Below, one piece after another: positions 1-16,045 of a stretch of DNA of 64,000 nt. The DNA lies in NCBI GenBank assembly GCA_964016885.1, contig OZ024743.1, positions 73,594,001-73,658,000 on the forward strand. Reading direction: 5' to 3'. Below the pieces are notes generated by a model. The model was not told where the DNA came from, did not search any database, and was given only the letters and a program-made list of their open reading frames with translations. The DNA is from Eledone cirrhosa (lineage: Eukaryota). The position numbers were made by a program, and so were the translations under genes. Positions within the stretch are counted from its first letter, which is position 1; every line of letters starts with the position of its first letter.

Positions 1-365
1 GGTAAACCCATGCGTACATATATATATGTGTGCATGTATGTATATATATACATACTACTGTACGTCTGTATACATATATGTATGTACATATACATACTTA
101 TATTTAAGTATCAGCCGTACTAAGAGTGAGAAATGAAATTTCATTTCATTCTTTTCCATTTATCGTTTTCGGTACGCCCGGCCGACTAACTCACTCGATA
201 TGCAAATTAGGCTGCTCAGCCGTTAATATGCATAAGGAAAGTATATACCTAAAGAAAATTATAAAAGTGCAATAAAGTATAAAATTGTTAAAAAGTGGAT
301 TAAAGAGATTTATTGATACTGGATTTTCACACCTTGAATAAAGGGTAAGTTGTATTTTAAGCATT

Positions 366-1717
366 CGTTTCTAGGATGAAGCAGTGGAACTTGATCAAGG
401 AGGAACTGCAGGTGACAAGTCAGAGAAGTCGACACGAACCTTTCTCAGGCTTTTACACTCTTAGGGATGGCCTCTGCTTCTGCCATGAAGTGCCTGGACT
501 GTTTGACGTTATTGGGTGCCATTTGTGCCCAAGCAGCTCCACCACAAGTTTGAAGGCTGTCCTCCTCCACAATGGACACAAGTTCCCGACACTGCCCCTA
601 GCTCATTCCATCTGCCTGAAGGAAGATTACTACAGTGTGAAAGTCCTCTTGGAAGCTCTGCAATACAACCAGTACAATTGGGAAATCATTGGAGACTTCA
701 AGATGGTGGCTTTCCTGCTTGGACTCCAAGGAGGCTTTATCAAATTCCAATGCTTCCTCTGACTTTGGGACAGCAGAGCCACCTCTGACCACTACAAAAG
801 AAAGAACTGGGAGCAATGAACAGAATTTATAGTTGGGACCCAGAACGTCATGTGGGAGCCATTGGTTAATCCCAGGATTGTGCTCATGCCGCCACTGCAC
901 ATTAAGTTGGGGTTGATGAAGCAGTTTGTGAAGGCTCTCAACCAAGAATCAGCCGCTTTTAAGTACCTTCTTGAGTTCTTCCCCAAGTTATCTGAGGCCA
1001 AAATCAAAGGTGGAATTTTTGTTGGACCTCAGATAAAGAAGGTGTTTGAGTCTACCGAGTTCTCCAATAAGCTCAATAGGATTGATAGAACAGCATGGAA
1101 CTGTTTCAATGCAGTTGTTAAGGGCTTCCTGGGCAACTACAGAGCTGAAAACTACCAGCAACTGGTGCAGGATCTGATAAAGGCTTTTGGCGCCATGGGA
1201 TGCAGGATGTCGCTTAAACTCCATATGCTGGACGATCACCTGGAAAAATTCAAGGACAATATGGGCGACTACTCAGAAGAACAAGGCGAACGATTCCACT
1301 AAGATGTGAAAGAGATAGTGCGGAGGTACCAGGACCACTACAATGAAAAAATGATGGGGGACTATATGTGGGGGCTAGTGCGGGAATGCGACCTGGACTA
1401 CAACCGCAAATCCAGGAAATCCAGTCATTTCTGACGTGTATAAGTTGCTTTATAAGTGTTATTTGTTTTTACTAGTTTGCTTTTCATAAGCTTGTGTAAT
1501 AAAATAAATATATACTCTGTTGATTTAATTATATGAACTGATAATTTTTTTTTAAATGTGGGTTTTCTTGAAAAATATGAAAATTTCGAAATATAAAACT
1601 TCTTACCACAAATCCAAACTTCTGATTAAAAAAATAATGTTTTTTTTATAATAATGGGATATAACAAACCAGGAAATGACACTTAGAACCGGGGAACAAA
1701 AAATATGTTACACGGTG
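366..1717 (+). mobile_element. Chapaev3-like (CMC superfamily) DNA transposon remnant, 5'-truncated
   Basis: Carries the transposase pseudogene below. It ends in ...AAAAAATATGTTACACGGTG (1717) followed by TTA, fitting a CAC-type TIR and TWA target as recalled for Chapaev3. Family assignment is from memory of motifs. Confidence 0.7.
376..1434 (+). pseudogene. DDE transposase pseudogene (Chapaev3-like)
   Basis: Same-frame ORFs 376-762 and 850-1302, continuing to TGA at 1434 with internal stops. Motifs: LKAVLLHNG, GDFKMVAFLLGLQGG, PPLHIKLGLMKQFVKAL, GIFVGPQI, MSLKLH, SEEQGERFH*D, MMGDYMWGL. Confidence 0.85.
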
Positions 1718-1927
1718 TTATCGAATACATATGCCCCCAAAGAAGAACTGGTCTACATCGTTGGATGCAAACGATGTCGCAGGTTTTACATCAGAGTGAC
1801 CTTCTCCTAGAGAGATGTCTTAATGAAGACAAGGAGTCTCTCGCTTCACAAAAAAAACAAAAACAAAAAACTTTATAGGATGGCCGTGTATTGTTCAATC
1901 ATATAGTTACCCCAACTTATATTTCAT

Positions 1928-2060
1928 ATAGAAATGACTTCTACAGGAGTAGAACTGTTTTATTCGTATGAAATTACCAGGAATGTCACTTTCTGAAGGA
2001 AATTTCTTAATGATTTCATACGAATAAAATATTCTAGTCCTGCAGAAGTCATTTCTCTAT
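1928..2060. repeat. Short fold-back with degenerate hammerhead motifs (same family as 41810, 56903, 63895)
   Basis: AGAAATGACTTCTACAGGAGTAGAA...TTATTCGTATGAAAT versus ATTTCATACGAATAA...TTCTAGTCCTGCAGAAGTCATTTCT. Confidence 0.75.
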
Positions 2061-2108
2061 AATATAAATATGCCTGTACTCTACTAACTTAGTGAGTACA
2101 TTTTATCT

Positions 2109-2207
2109 TAGTAGTGGTCGCCTCCCGATACTCTTCGGGAACCATATATACCGTATATATATATATATATATGGTTCCCGATGAGTATCGGGAGGTGACC
2201 ACTACTA
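2109..2207. repeat. Palindrome with ~37-bp arms around a (TA)n core
   Basis: TAGTAGTGGTCGCCTCCCGATACTCTTCGGGAACC versus GGTTCCCGATGAGTATCGGGAGGTGACCACTACTA. Confidence 0.85.
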
Positions 2208-2224
2208 TATATACATATATATAT

Positions 2225-2301
<77 letters not shown>

Positions 2302-2390
2302 CATTTATCGTTTGAGAAACATAGCATTTTGTACATATTATATAACACAGTATATATATATATATATATATATAAACTGTGCTATATAAT

Positions 2391-2576
2391 TGTTTCTACT
2401 TTTGGCACAAGGCCAGCAATTACCCAGTACATTACTGGTGCTTTATTTTATCGACCCCGTAAGGATGAAAGGGAAAGTTAACTTCGGCGGGATTTGAACT
2501 CAGCCCATAAATGGCCGTAACTCTTTGCTGCAAAGCATGGCGTCCGACAATCTACCAATAGCTGGTAATCCACCAT
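2391..2576 (-). mobile_element. tRNA-derived SINE, family 1 (Meta-domain-like), with 15-bp TSD
   Basis: Reverse complement has A/B-box-like TGGTAGA/GAGTTCAAATCCC and the TTTCATCCTTACGGGGTCGATAAA...GCACCAG core. TSD ACTGTGCTATATAAT at 2376-2390 and 2577-2591. Confidence 0.85.
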
Positions 2577-2647
2577 ACTGTGCTATATAATATGTAAAAA
2601 AAAAATACTGTTTCTGAAACGATAAACGACTCTTTCTATATATACAT

Positions 2648-2732
<85 letters not shown>

Positions 2733-2811
2733 TGGACCTGTTAATTTTATCTAAAGACATTTTTTTCTAATTCCAAACAGCCTGTCCCTTCAATCTATCT
2801 TATTTCTCATT

Positions 2812-2852
2812 CTTTCTCCTGATGAAGGACTAGCGTCCGAAACGGTAAGACC
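2812..2852 (+). ncRNA. Minimal type-I hammerhead ribozyme motif
   Basis: CTGATGA(2819) A GGAC TAGC GTCC GAAAC G GTA; stem I is imperfect. Same family as the degenerate copy at 63223. Confidence 0.6.
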
Positions 2853-2953
2853 CTCTTCCTGCTATATCAAACGTTAACCTAATATATCCCTTCCATACAC
2901 TGTACCGATTGAGTTGTTATTTCTGTTTACCTTTTACATATATATATATATAT

Positions 2954-3013
<60 letters not shown>

Positions 3014-3015
3014 AT

Positions 3016-3511
3016 ATACAATATGTTGAAAAGGTAACACACTAAAGAGAGATAGTGTGCCATAAAATAGGGAAAAACCACCAGTGTATGGGGTCTATAA
3101 TCTATGGAAGGCAGGGTAGATACACAATAATTAAAAATTATAAATTAAGATGTATATACGCACCTCTATAACTATATAACACACGCGTACAAATCCCAAG
3201 AGATTTGTTTCGCCAGGAAGTTGTGGACTGAAATGGAATAGCCTATGGTTCATCAGCGCGTACAAGACTATACATTCCTAACATATTCCATTTCAGTCAA
3301 CAACTTCCTGGCGAAACAGATCTCTTTGGATTTGTACGCGTGTGTTATAGAGTTATAGAGGTGCGTATATACACTTTAATTTATATTTTTAATTAGTGTG
3401 TATCTACCCTGCCTTCCATAGATTATAGACTCCATACACTGGTGGTTTTTCCCTGTTTTATTGATGGCACACTATCTCTATTTAGTGTGTTACCTTTTCA
3501 ACATATTGTAT
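3016..3511. mobile_element. Fold-back element with ~225-bp inverted arms, PLE pLTR-like
   Basis: 3016-3240 is the diverged reverse complement of 3284-3511. It lies next to (TA)n/(TG)n and contains the hammerhead below. Confidence 0.85.
3183..3261 (-). ncRNA. Type-I hammerhead ribozyme
   Basis: Minus strand reads ACGCG CTGATGA ACCA..loop..TGGC GAA ACAAATC TCTTGG GATTTGT A CGCGT. Stem I is 5 bp, stem III 7 bp, cleavage triplet GUA; there is an A-C mismatch at the stem II base. Confidence 0.8.
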
Positions 3512-3593
3512 TTTAAAGAGCTCAGGATTCCTTTTCCTTTGAGCACATTACTGACAGGGAATAGCGAGTCTATGGGTCCGTTAATTTATCGTG

Positions 3594-3671
<78 letters not shown>

Positions 3672-3709
3672 AGGAAGTTATAGTTCACTTGAAGCATTGT
3701 GTAATGAGG

Positions 3710-4110
3710 TATAAACGTTTGTATATGTATAATAAAGCCAAAACAATGCAGGTATGGACATAGAATAAAGAATGCAAATGCAAAAGATATTGTTGACAAT
3801 TAGTCTTTTACCTTAGATTTATTTAAACGTCCTTAATTTTCGAGATAATATCTCTTCTTCGGAGGGAAGTTAAGTGGTTCAACCAGTGTTCTAAATAGCT
3901 TACCAAGCATGACTTGGCAAGCTATTTAGAACACTGGTTTAACCACTTTACTTTTCTCCGAAGAAGAGATATTATCTCGAAAATTAAGGACATTTAAATA
4001 AATCTAAGGTAAAAGACTAATTGTCAACAATATCTTTTGCATTTGCATTCTTTATTCTATGTCCATACCTGCATTGTTTTGGCTTTATTATACATATACA
4101 AACGTTTATA
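3710..4110. mobile_element. Near-perfect 400-bp palindrome with a minimal hammerhead-like motif in each arm
   Basis: Mirror ORFs 3581-3799(-) and 4021-4221(+) share the same N-terminal sequence; centre ~3910. Motif CCGAAGA A GAGAT ATT ATCTC GAAAA TTA AGG at 3958-3989 plus its mirror. Confidence 0.9.
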
Positions 4111-4289
4111 TATATATATATATATATAAGGAAAAGATTTCGAAAATACAATTGGAGTCTTTTTACCGGTTTCACAGTTCTTATGCTTTTCAAAAGTAGA
4201 ATTGAGATGAAGGTTTTCTGAGATGGTTTTTCTCGCATCAATTCTACTTTTGAAAAGATGTATTTGAAAAAAGAAAAGAATGACTTCAC

Positions 4290-4500
4290 TGGTGGTTTGT
4301 ATATGGAGGCGCATTCCTCATGGGTTCGATTCCTGGGCTGGCTTGTGTGTTGTGTTCTTTAGCAAAACACTTTATTTTACGTTGCTCCAGTATACTTAGT
4401 TGAAAAGGAGTACTAGCTGCAATAGCTAGGGTTTTAACCCTGTGATAGATTGGCGTCCCGTCCAGGGGGATGTCTAGTTCTCTCAGTCGCTTCACGCCAC
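4290..4500 (+). mobile_element. tRNA-derived SINE, family 2 (CORE+V-domain-like)
   Basis: GGTTCGATTCC B-box, TGTGTTCTTTAGCAAAACAC and CCCTGTGATAGATTGGCGTCCCGTCCAGGGG; homologous to 21130-21390. Confidence 0.7.
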
Positions 4501-4780
4501 GAACCTTTCGTCCTCAGACAGACTTTTTTAAAGGTAGTTTTATGCTTTAACAATCCAATCTTCAATGATTCATTTGTGTCGTTAGTCTTACTAAGTTCTT
4601 GTTAACTTCAGTGGAGAACTTTCTTTTGAAAGGGTGACACCTTGCTTACATTAAATATAAGATAATCGAATAATTTGGTATAATGTATGTCACAGCTCGC
4701 AGCCGTCCAGCCCACGGCATATACCTGGTTTCATTCTAACAGGTGACACTGTGCATATTTTTCATTTTTATTTTAATATA

Positions 4781-5076
4781 TATTTCCATCATTGTATAAC
4801 TTCTGTCTGTAAACTATAGTTGACATAATATGTTTCTGTTTAACAGATAACAAAATATTTCTAACATTGTATATCTTCTGTCTGTAAAGTATAGTTGACA
4901 CAATATGTTTCTGTATAACAGATAACAAAATATTTCTAACATTGTATATCTTCTGTCTGTAAACTATAGTTGAAATAATACGTTTCTGTATAACAGATAA
5001 CAAAATATTTCCACCATTGTATAACTTCTGTAAAATATAGTTGACATAATATGTTTATGTTTAACAGATAACAAAA
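4781..5076. repeat. 75-bp tandem repeat, ~4 copies
   Basis: ATTGTAT..CTTCTGTCTGTAAA.TATAGTTGAC...AACAGATAACAAAATATTT recurs at 4791, 4866, 4941 and 5016. Confidence 0.9.
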
Positions 5077-5316
5077 TCAAATGAGAGATATTTATACAAT
5101 TTACCCTCGGGTGTCTTCAGAGGATATCGACACCCCGCAAGCAGGGAAATACGTAAACTTGACATATTTATATGTCTATAAACTCAATGGGTATATCTAT
5201 ATTTACATTCTCACAGCTTCGGGAAATCATTCATATATTCGCAGCTATGTATCTATCGTATGTTTATCGTATAGAGCACAATTTAAGATGTACGAATATT
5301 GACTAGCAACATAAGC

Positions 5317-5750
5317 AATAATTGTTTCTACTTTTGGCACAAGGCCAGCAATTACCCAGTGTATTACTGGTACTTTATTTTATCGACCCCCATAAGGATG
5401 AAAGGAAGTTAACCTCGGCGGGATTGGAACTCAGATCATAAAGGGTGTAACTCTATGCTACAAAGCATGGCGTCCAACGCTTTACCAATACTGCCAATAA
5501 ATTACAATAATCCACAAAAGAAATAATTGTCTCTACTTTTGGCACAAGGCCAGCAATTACCCAGTGTATTACTGGTACTTTATGTTATCGACCCCATAAG
5601 AATGAAAGGCAAAGTTAACCTCGGCAGGATTTGAACTCAGAATGGCAAGGGCCGTAACTCTATGCGTCAAAGCATGGCGTCCGATCCACATAAGAAATAA
5701 TTGTTTCTACAGCAATTACCCAGTGCATGGCGTCCGATCTACATAAGAAA
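5317..5750 (-). mobile_element. Tandem SINE family 1 copies (two near full, one deleted)
   Basis: AATAATTGTTTCTACTTTTGGCACAAGGCCAGCAATTACCCAG-type starts at ~5317, ~5522 and ~5696. Confidence 0.85.
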
Positions 5751-5807
5751 TAATAATATGTAAATATATTAGTGTAGTTAATACGAAACATTGTGAGATA
5801 TGTAGTA

Positions 5808-6178
5808 AATAAACGATAAGTTTTTTTTTAAGCCGGTAAAATGCGGTGGAAAATATAAAGGATAAATGATGATGAACAAAACAAAACAAAGTAATGTTTT
5901 ACCCAGTATATATTGGCATGTTATTTCAGGGCTATTGCCTCTTTTCAGATGCGAAACTGAAACAGTCCAAGATAAAACACATGAACAATTAGAATTTCTA
6001 CAGTAGAAAACTGTAATCGTTTGTTTGTTTTTTCTTGGTCTGTTTCAACTTCGCATCTGAAAAGGGGCATTATCCCCGAAATATCATGCCAAAATACACT
6101 GAGTAAAACATTACATTAAATGCCCTTCGTATTTCCTACCGCATTGTACCGGCTTTTAGAATATTATCGATCATTTAA
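5808..6178. mobile_element. Diverged fold-back with degenerate minimal hammerhead
   Basis: Arms ~5808-5980 and ~6025-6178. Motif GCAT CTGAAAA GGGG CATTAT CCCC GAAAT ATC ATGC at 6053-6089; stems I and II are intact, core has G8>A. Confidence 0.7.
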
Positions 6179-6446
6179 TATGTAAATCAGCATGCCCATT
6201 TCATTGGTTTAAATTTATTTATTTGTCTTTATAAAGCCATCTATGACATATTTCCTTATGGCTGTTTATGTGATGTAGATATCATCGAACGCTACATAAA
6301 GAAATCGAAAATCGATGAAATAAGAAATGTTCATATTTGTTTCCAATCCATAGAGAAATATGTAATTTGGCCATGTTTACTTATTTATATACTTATTACG
6401 TAATTGAGTATATAAATAGACACATTCAAGTATTAAGTATATAAAC

Positions 6447-6625
6447 ATGTAAATTTATATAAACATTCATGGAGCGGTTTTAATCTATATGTTTACACAT
6501 ACACACACACACAAATATATATATATGTATTTAAATGTATATTATATATATATATTATATACATATATAATATTTTTTATAATATACATATTTATATAGG
6601 TATCTTCGAATATATGTACTTTGTA

Positions 6626-6723
<98 letters not shown>

Positions 6724-6857
6724 TATATAATATACATATTTATATAAATAATATATGTACTATATTATATAATATATATATGTATGTGTATGCGTATGTG
6801 TGTGTGTAAATATATATAGATTAAAACCGCTCCATGAATGTTTATATAAATTTACAT
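6447..6857. repeat. Inverted repeat around a (TA)n tract
   Basis: ATGTAAATTTATATAAACATTCATGGAGCGGTTTTAATCTATAT versus ATATAGATTAAAACCGCTCCATGAATGTTTATATAAATTTACAT. Confidence 0.85.
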
Positions 6858-6934
6858 ACAATTTATATACATTTTATATATGATAAATATATTCATTCAT
6901 ATATAAATATGAATATTATATAAATATATTATAT

Positions 6935-7052
<118 letters not shown>

Positions 7053-7072
7053 GAGAGAGAGGGGATCATATA

Positions 7073-7184
<112 letters not shown>

Positions 7185-7289
7185 GGGGATCATATATATA
7201 TATATATGTGTGTGCTTGATGGTAGCTATGATGCTTCCATAGGCGGTATGCCGGTTGAGCACTCTATGTTCTTACAGAGCAGAGTGTGA

Positions 7290-10216
<2,927 letters not shown>

Positions 10217-10336
10217 TATATATAAGGAATTAGTATATCTACCAACATATATATACAGATGTATACCTATGCTAGCCAATATATAGTTTTTGTCTTAGTA
10301 ACTTTGTGGTTCAATGCAAGGGGATGCAGAACAATT

Positions 10337-10693
10337 ATATGAAAGACGTAAAATTAGAAAATTAGAAAAATTAACTTACTTACTAAAATTTCAGTCCAAC
10401 TAATTAGTTTCTGAAAGGGAATAAACATGGTTTCTAAATGGAAAGCATGGAGAAGCCATTTCATCATCAGGAAGTCGTTCTCAGCTAAGATCCCAGGCGA
10501 TGCGTGGACACAGGGAACTTATACAAAAATACTTCAGTGGATGGAAAAAAGCAAGCGTGGACTAAATTCCAAGACATTGAAAAAATCACTGCCTACTTGC
10601 TCGGTGGCAAATTCAAAAGAATCAATCAAACTAATTAGTTGGAGTGAAATTTTACTAAGTAAGGTAATTTTTATAATTTTCTTATTTTAGGTC

Positions 10694-10700
<7 letters not shown>
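10337..10700. repeat. Inverted repeat with ~70-bp arms ending at (TA)n
   Basis: ATATGAAAGAC...ACTTACTAAAATTTCAGTCCAACTAATTAGTTT versus AAACTAATTAGTTGGAGTGAAATTTTACTAAGT...GTCTTTCATAT. Confidence 0.75.
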
Positions 10701-10767
<67 letters not shown>

Positions 10768-11101
10768 TACATATATAAATATATATTATATAAATATATT
10801 GTATACTACATATATATATATGGTAAAGTTTATATACAGTTTTTCTTCAAACTTGCATTTTAGACATAGTTCCGTTTAATTGATTATTTGTCTAGTTAAT
10901 GTATACGGGCTAAGAAGACTAGATAAATGTTATCTAACTTCCCCCACGGAGGAAGGTCTGTGACATTTATCTGTTATTTTTTCTAAGTTACATTTTAAAC
11001 TTAGCTCCGTTTAATTGATTATTTATCTAGTTAATTTCTACGGATTAAGGGGAAGAAAAGTTGGATATATTTTGTCTGACTGTTCTTCAAACATATAATT
11101 T

Positions 11102-11240
<139 letters not shown>

Positions 11241-11285
11241 GGGAGAGATCATATATATATATATATAATACGTATATAATATATA

Positions 11286-12347
<1,062 letters not shown>

Positions 12348-12675
12348 TAATATATATAGTATATATATGCGTTAACGTTAAAATATATTTATATATTGAA
12401 GAAAGCCTCCATTAGTCATTGCTATGTTACAAGTGTTGCTAGGCTGTGTCGATTAAAAATAGTGAAAATGACAGAAAGAAAATGAAGAAAAAATATATAA
12501 AGGAAAGAATAGAGAAGGAAGAAAACAACGAGAGACATAGAATGTAAAGACAGACGTGACAGCAGTCGTTCAGCTGGTAATGTTGGAGTCACGGAAAACA
12601 TTGATATCGTCGCAAATATTTACAAAACCATCGAATAAAAATAAAACCACAGACTGCTTACATTATTACACATAA

Positions 12676-14228
12676 GGGCGGTGAATTGGCAGTATCGGTA
12701 GAGGGTCGGGCGCCATGCGTTGACACATAGAGTTACGCCCCTTTCTATTCTGAGTTCAAATCCCGCCGAGGTTAACTTTGCCTTTCATCCTTACGGGGTC
12801 AATAAAATAAAGTACCAGTAATGTACTGGATAATTTGCTGGCCTGTGTGCCAAAAGTAGAAACAATTATTACACATACGGTGGTGGATTGGCAGTATCGG
12901 TAGAGGGTCGGACGCCATAATTTGCAGCAAAGAGTTACGGCCCTTTATGGTCTGAGTTCAAATCCTGCCGAGGTTTACTTTGCCTTTCATCTATACGGGG
13001 TCGATAAAATAAAGTACCAGTAATACACTGGTGTAACTGCTGGCCTTGTGCCAAAAGTAGAAACAATTATTACACATACGGAGAGGTCAGTGGATTGGTA
13101 GCTAAGTCGGTAGAGTGTCGGTCAAGATTATTTGCGGCATAGAGTTATGTACCTTTTTTTTTACCTTTACGTTCGTGGTTTAAATCCCACCGAGATTAGC
13201 TTTGCATTTCATCTTTAAGGGGTCGATATGATAAAGTACCAGTAATGCATTGGAGCCGATTTAATCGACTTTCCCCTTCTCCAAAATTGCTGGCCTTGTG
13301 CCTAATTGAGAAACCAATGCTGCACATACAGAAAGGTCAGAGGGTTGGCAGTAATCGGTAGAGTGTCGGACAAGATGCGTTGGGGCGTAGAGTTACGTCC
13401 CTTTACGTTCTTGGTTCAAATCCCTTCGATGTTAGCTTTGCCTTTCATTCTTTCGTGGTCAATAAGTAAAGTACCAGTAATGCACTGAAGTCGATTTAAT
13501 CGACTTTCCTCTTCTCTAAAATGGTTGGCCTTGTGCCTAAATCAGAAACCAGTTAGGGCGGTGATGTGGCAGTATCAGTAATGCCTCAGACAAGATACTT
13601 TTTGACACATAGTTACGTCTCTTTACGTTCTAGGTTTAAATTCCACCGAGGTTAGCTTTGCTTTTCATCTTTACGGAGTCGATAAAATAAAGTACCAGTA
13701 ACTCACTGGAGTAGATTTAATCAACATTTTCCTTCCCTTCAAATCATTGGCCTGTTGTCGAAATCAGAAGTGAATTGTCAGTATCGGTAGAGGTTGGACG
13801 CCATGCTTTCTAGCATAGTTACGTCCCTTTACGGTCTGAGTTCAAATCCCGTCTAGGTTAACTTTGCCTTTCATCCTTACGGCTCGATAAAATAAAGTAC
13901 CAGTAATGTACTGGGTAATTGCTGGCCTTGTGCCAAAAGTAAAAACCATTATTACACATACAGAGAGGTCGGTGGGTTGGCAGAACGTGGCGGATGAAAG
14001 GCATTACAGTATTTGGTTGCGGTCCTCTTCGTTCTGGTTTTACATCATACCATGATCAACTTTACCTTTAAATATTCTGACATCGATAAAATAATTTACC
14101 AGTCAAGTATTGGAGGGGATTTGACCGACTTCTTCTCACCCTCAAATAAAACTGTAGGGCTTGTGCCGAGGTTAGAGCGGTGGATTGACAGAATCGTTAG
14201 AGTGTCGGACACAATGATTTGTGGCATT
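12676..14228 (+). mobile_element. Head-to-tail array of ~8 family-1 SINEs
   Basis: Repeated TTGGCAGTATCGGTAGAG...GTTCAAATCCC...TTTCATCC...AAAGTACCAGTAAT...GGCCTTGTGCC units; several are separated by ATTATTACACATA. Confidence 0.9.
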
Positions 14229-14230
14229 TA

Positions 14231-15087
14231 CGTGAGTAAGTCAAAAATTATCTGCACTTTCACTTACATAACATATCTTTAAGTTTGTCACAATGGCTTC
14301 TGCTCATGCGTGGTAATATTAAGGTCACGTGGTCGAAGTTTGAGCTTAATCGCGCTAGTTTTCCTACTGCTGTTACAGTGTAAACATAGCCGCTCTGCTT
14401 GCAGTCTGCATCAAGGAGGAACAAAGAGCAGTGATCGGATTTATTTAGAAGATGTGTCAGGGCTGAAATTTATCGGAGGATTTTAACACAATACGGCGAC
14501 AGTGCACTACTACGTAGAAGTGTGTATGAATGGATCGGGAAGTTTAAAAGTGAGCGGACAAGCTTGATGGGCGAAGAAGGAGCAGGGCGCCCGAGATATG
14601 GTAATGGCGAACAGGTGAGTTATCATCGATGATGTAGCCTTTTCTCTGCAGATTAGTCGTGGTTCTGCGTGTCAATCATCCACGACGAACTTGACTTCCA
14701 TAAAGTATGTGCGATATGTGTGCCAAAGAGCTTACCGCAGAACACAAGCGCAAACTTGTTGAGATCTACCAACGTTTACTTGCCCGCTAGGACAATGAAG
14801 GCGAAGAATGTTTGAGCAGAAAAGTCACAGGAGATGAACCGTGGGTCCCTCACTATGACCTAGAATCCAAAAGACTGAAAATGGATCGGAAACATCCTGG
14901 TGCAAACTGCTAGCGGAGCGGCCATGTTACCACTGTAACAGCAGCAAGAAAACTGGCGTGATCAAACTCAAACTTTGATCACGTGACCACATTAGTACCA
15001 TCTATAAGCACGCATGAGCAGAAGGCTGTCTGACAAATCTAAAGCTATGTTTTGGCGAAAGTGCGGATAATTTTTGACTTACCCTCG
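14231..15087 (+). mobile_element. Mariner-derived non-autonomous element with ~190-bp inverted ends
   Basis: TA|CGTGAGTAAGTCAAAAATTATC...GATAATTTTTGACTTACCCTCG|TA. Internal transposase remnant: KVCAICVPKELT, VTGDEPWVPHYDLESK. Confidence 0.85.
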
Positions 15088-15202
15088 TATATATATATAT
15101 ATTTATATATAAAAAGAGAGAGGGAGCGAGAGAAAGAGGGAGAGATAGATAGATAGAGAGAGAGAGATAGAGAGAGAGAGAGATAAAGAGAGAGAGAGAG
15201 AG

Positions 15203-15288
<86 letters not shown>

Positions 15289-15432
15289 ACTTACTGACAA
15301 GTTGAGTATTAGTAGAGCCACCTAATACAAGAGAGCTTCACTTGCATCTTTTCATTGACTACAGTTTCTGGAATAATCTCCTTCTTCTTCTTCTTCTTCT
15401 TCTTCTTCTTCTTCTTCTTCTTCTTCTTCTTC

Positions 15433-15560
15433 TCAAATAACCGTTTCAAACTGATCCGGCTGGATCCTTAAGTAATACCAGACAAGCTCATGTATGTTAT
15501 CCCACCCTCTTGCTCGGGGTCTACCGCTGGGTCTCCTGCTGGTAGGTTTTACCCGTAAAG
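15433..15560 (-). mobile_element. RTE-clade LINE 3' fragment next to a (CTT)n tract
   Basis: KPTSRRPSGRPRARGWDNIHE; homologous to 35970-36240 and 61690-62030. Confidence 0.6.
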
Positions 15561-15671
15561 TCTGTTCTTTGGAATCCACAAACAATATTGTACATCTTAA
15601 TAAACCAAGAAAGCAGTACTGGAAGGAGATTGTTTCATCGGGTATTTCTTTGAAAATATAAAAAATAATAA

Positions 15672-16045
15672 TAATTGTTTCTACTTTTTGGCACAAGGCC
15701 AGCAATTATCCCAGTGTATTACTGGTACTTTATTTTATCGACCCCGTAAGGATGAAAGGCAAATTTAACTTCGACGGGATTTGAACTCAGAATGGCAAGG
15801 GCCGTAAATCTATGCGTCAAAGCATGGCGTCCGACCCTCTACTAATTATTTCTGATTTAGGTACAAGGCCAACAATTTTGAGGGAGGGGAAAGTCGATTA
15901 AATCGACCCCAGTGCATTACTGGTACCATTTTATTGTCCCCGTAAGGATGAAAGGCAAAGCTAACCTCGGCGGGATTTGAACTGAGACCATCAAGGGCCG
16001 TAACTCTTTGCTACAAAGACCCTCTACCGATACTGCGAATCCACA
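15672..16045 (-). mobile_element. Two tandem family-1 SINEs
   Basis: Same core as the other family-1 copies. Confidence 0.85.

Noticed and set aside
12676-14228. tRNA gene cluster
   Set aside because: A/B boxes are present, but no cloverleaf, and all units continue into a shared SINE body.
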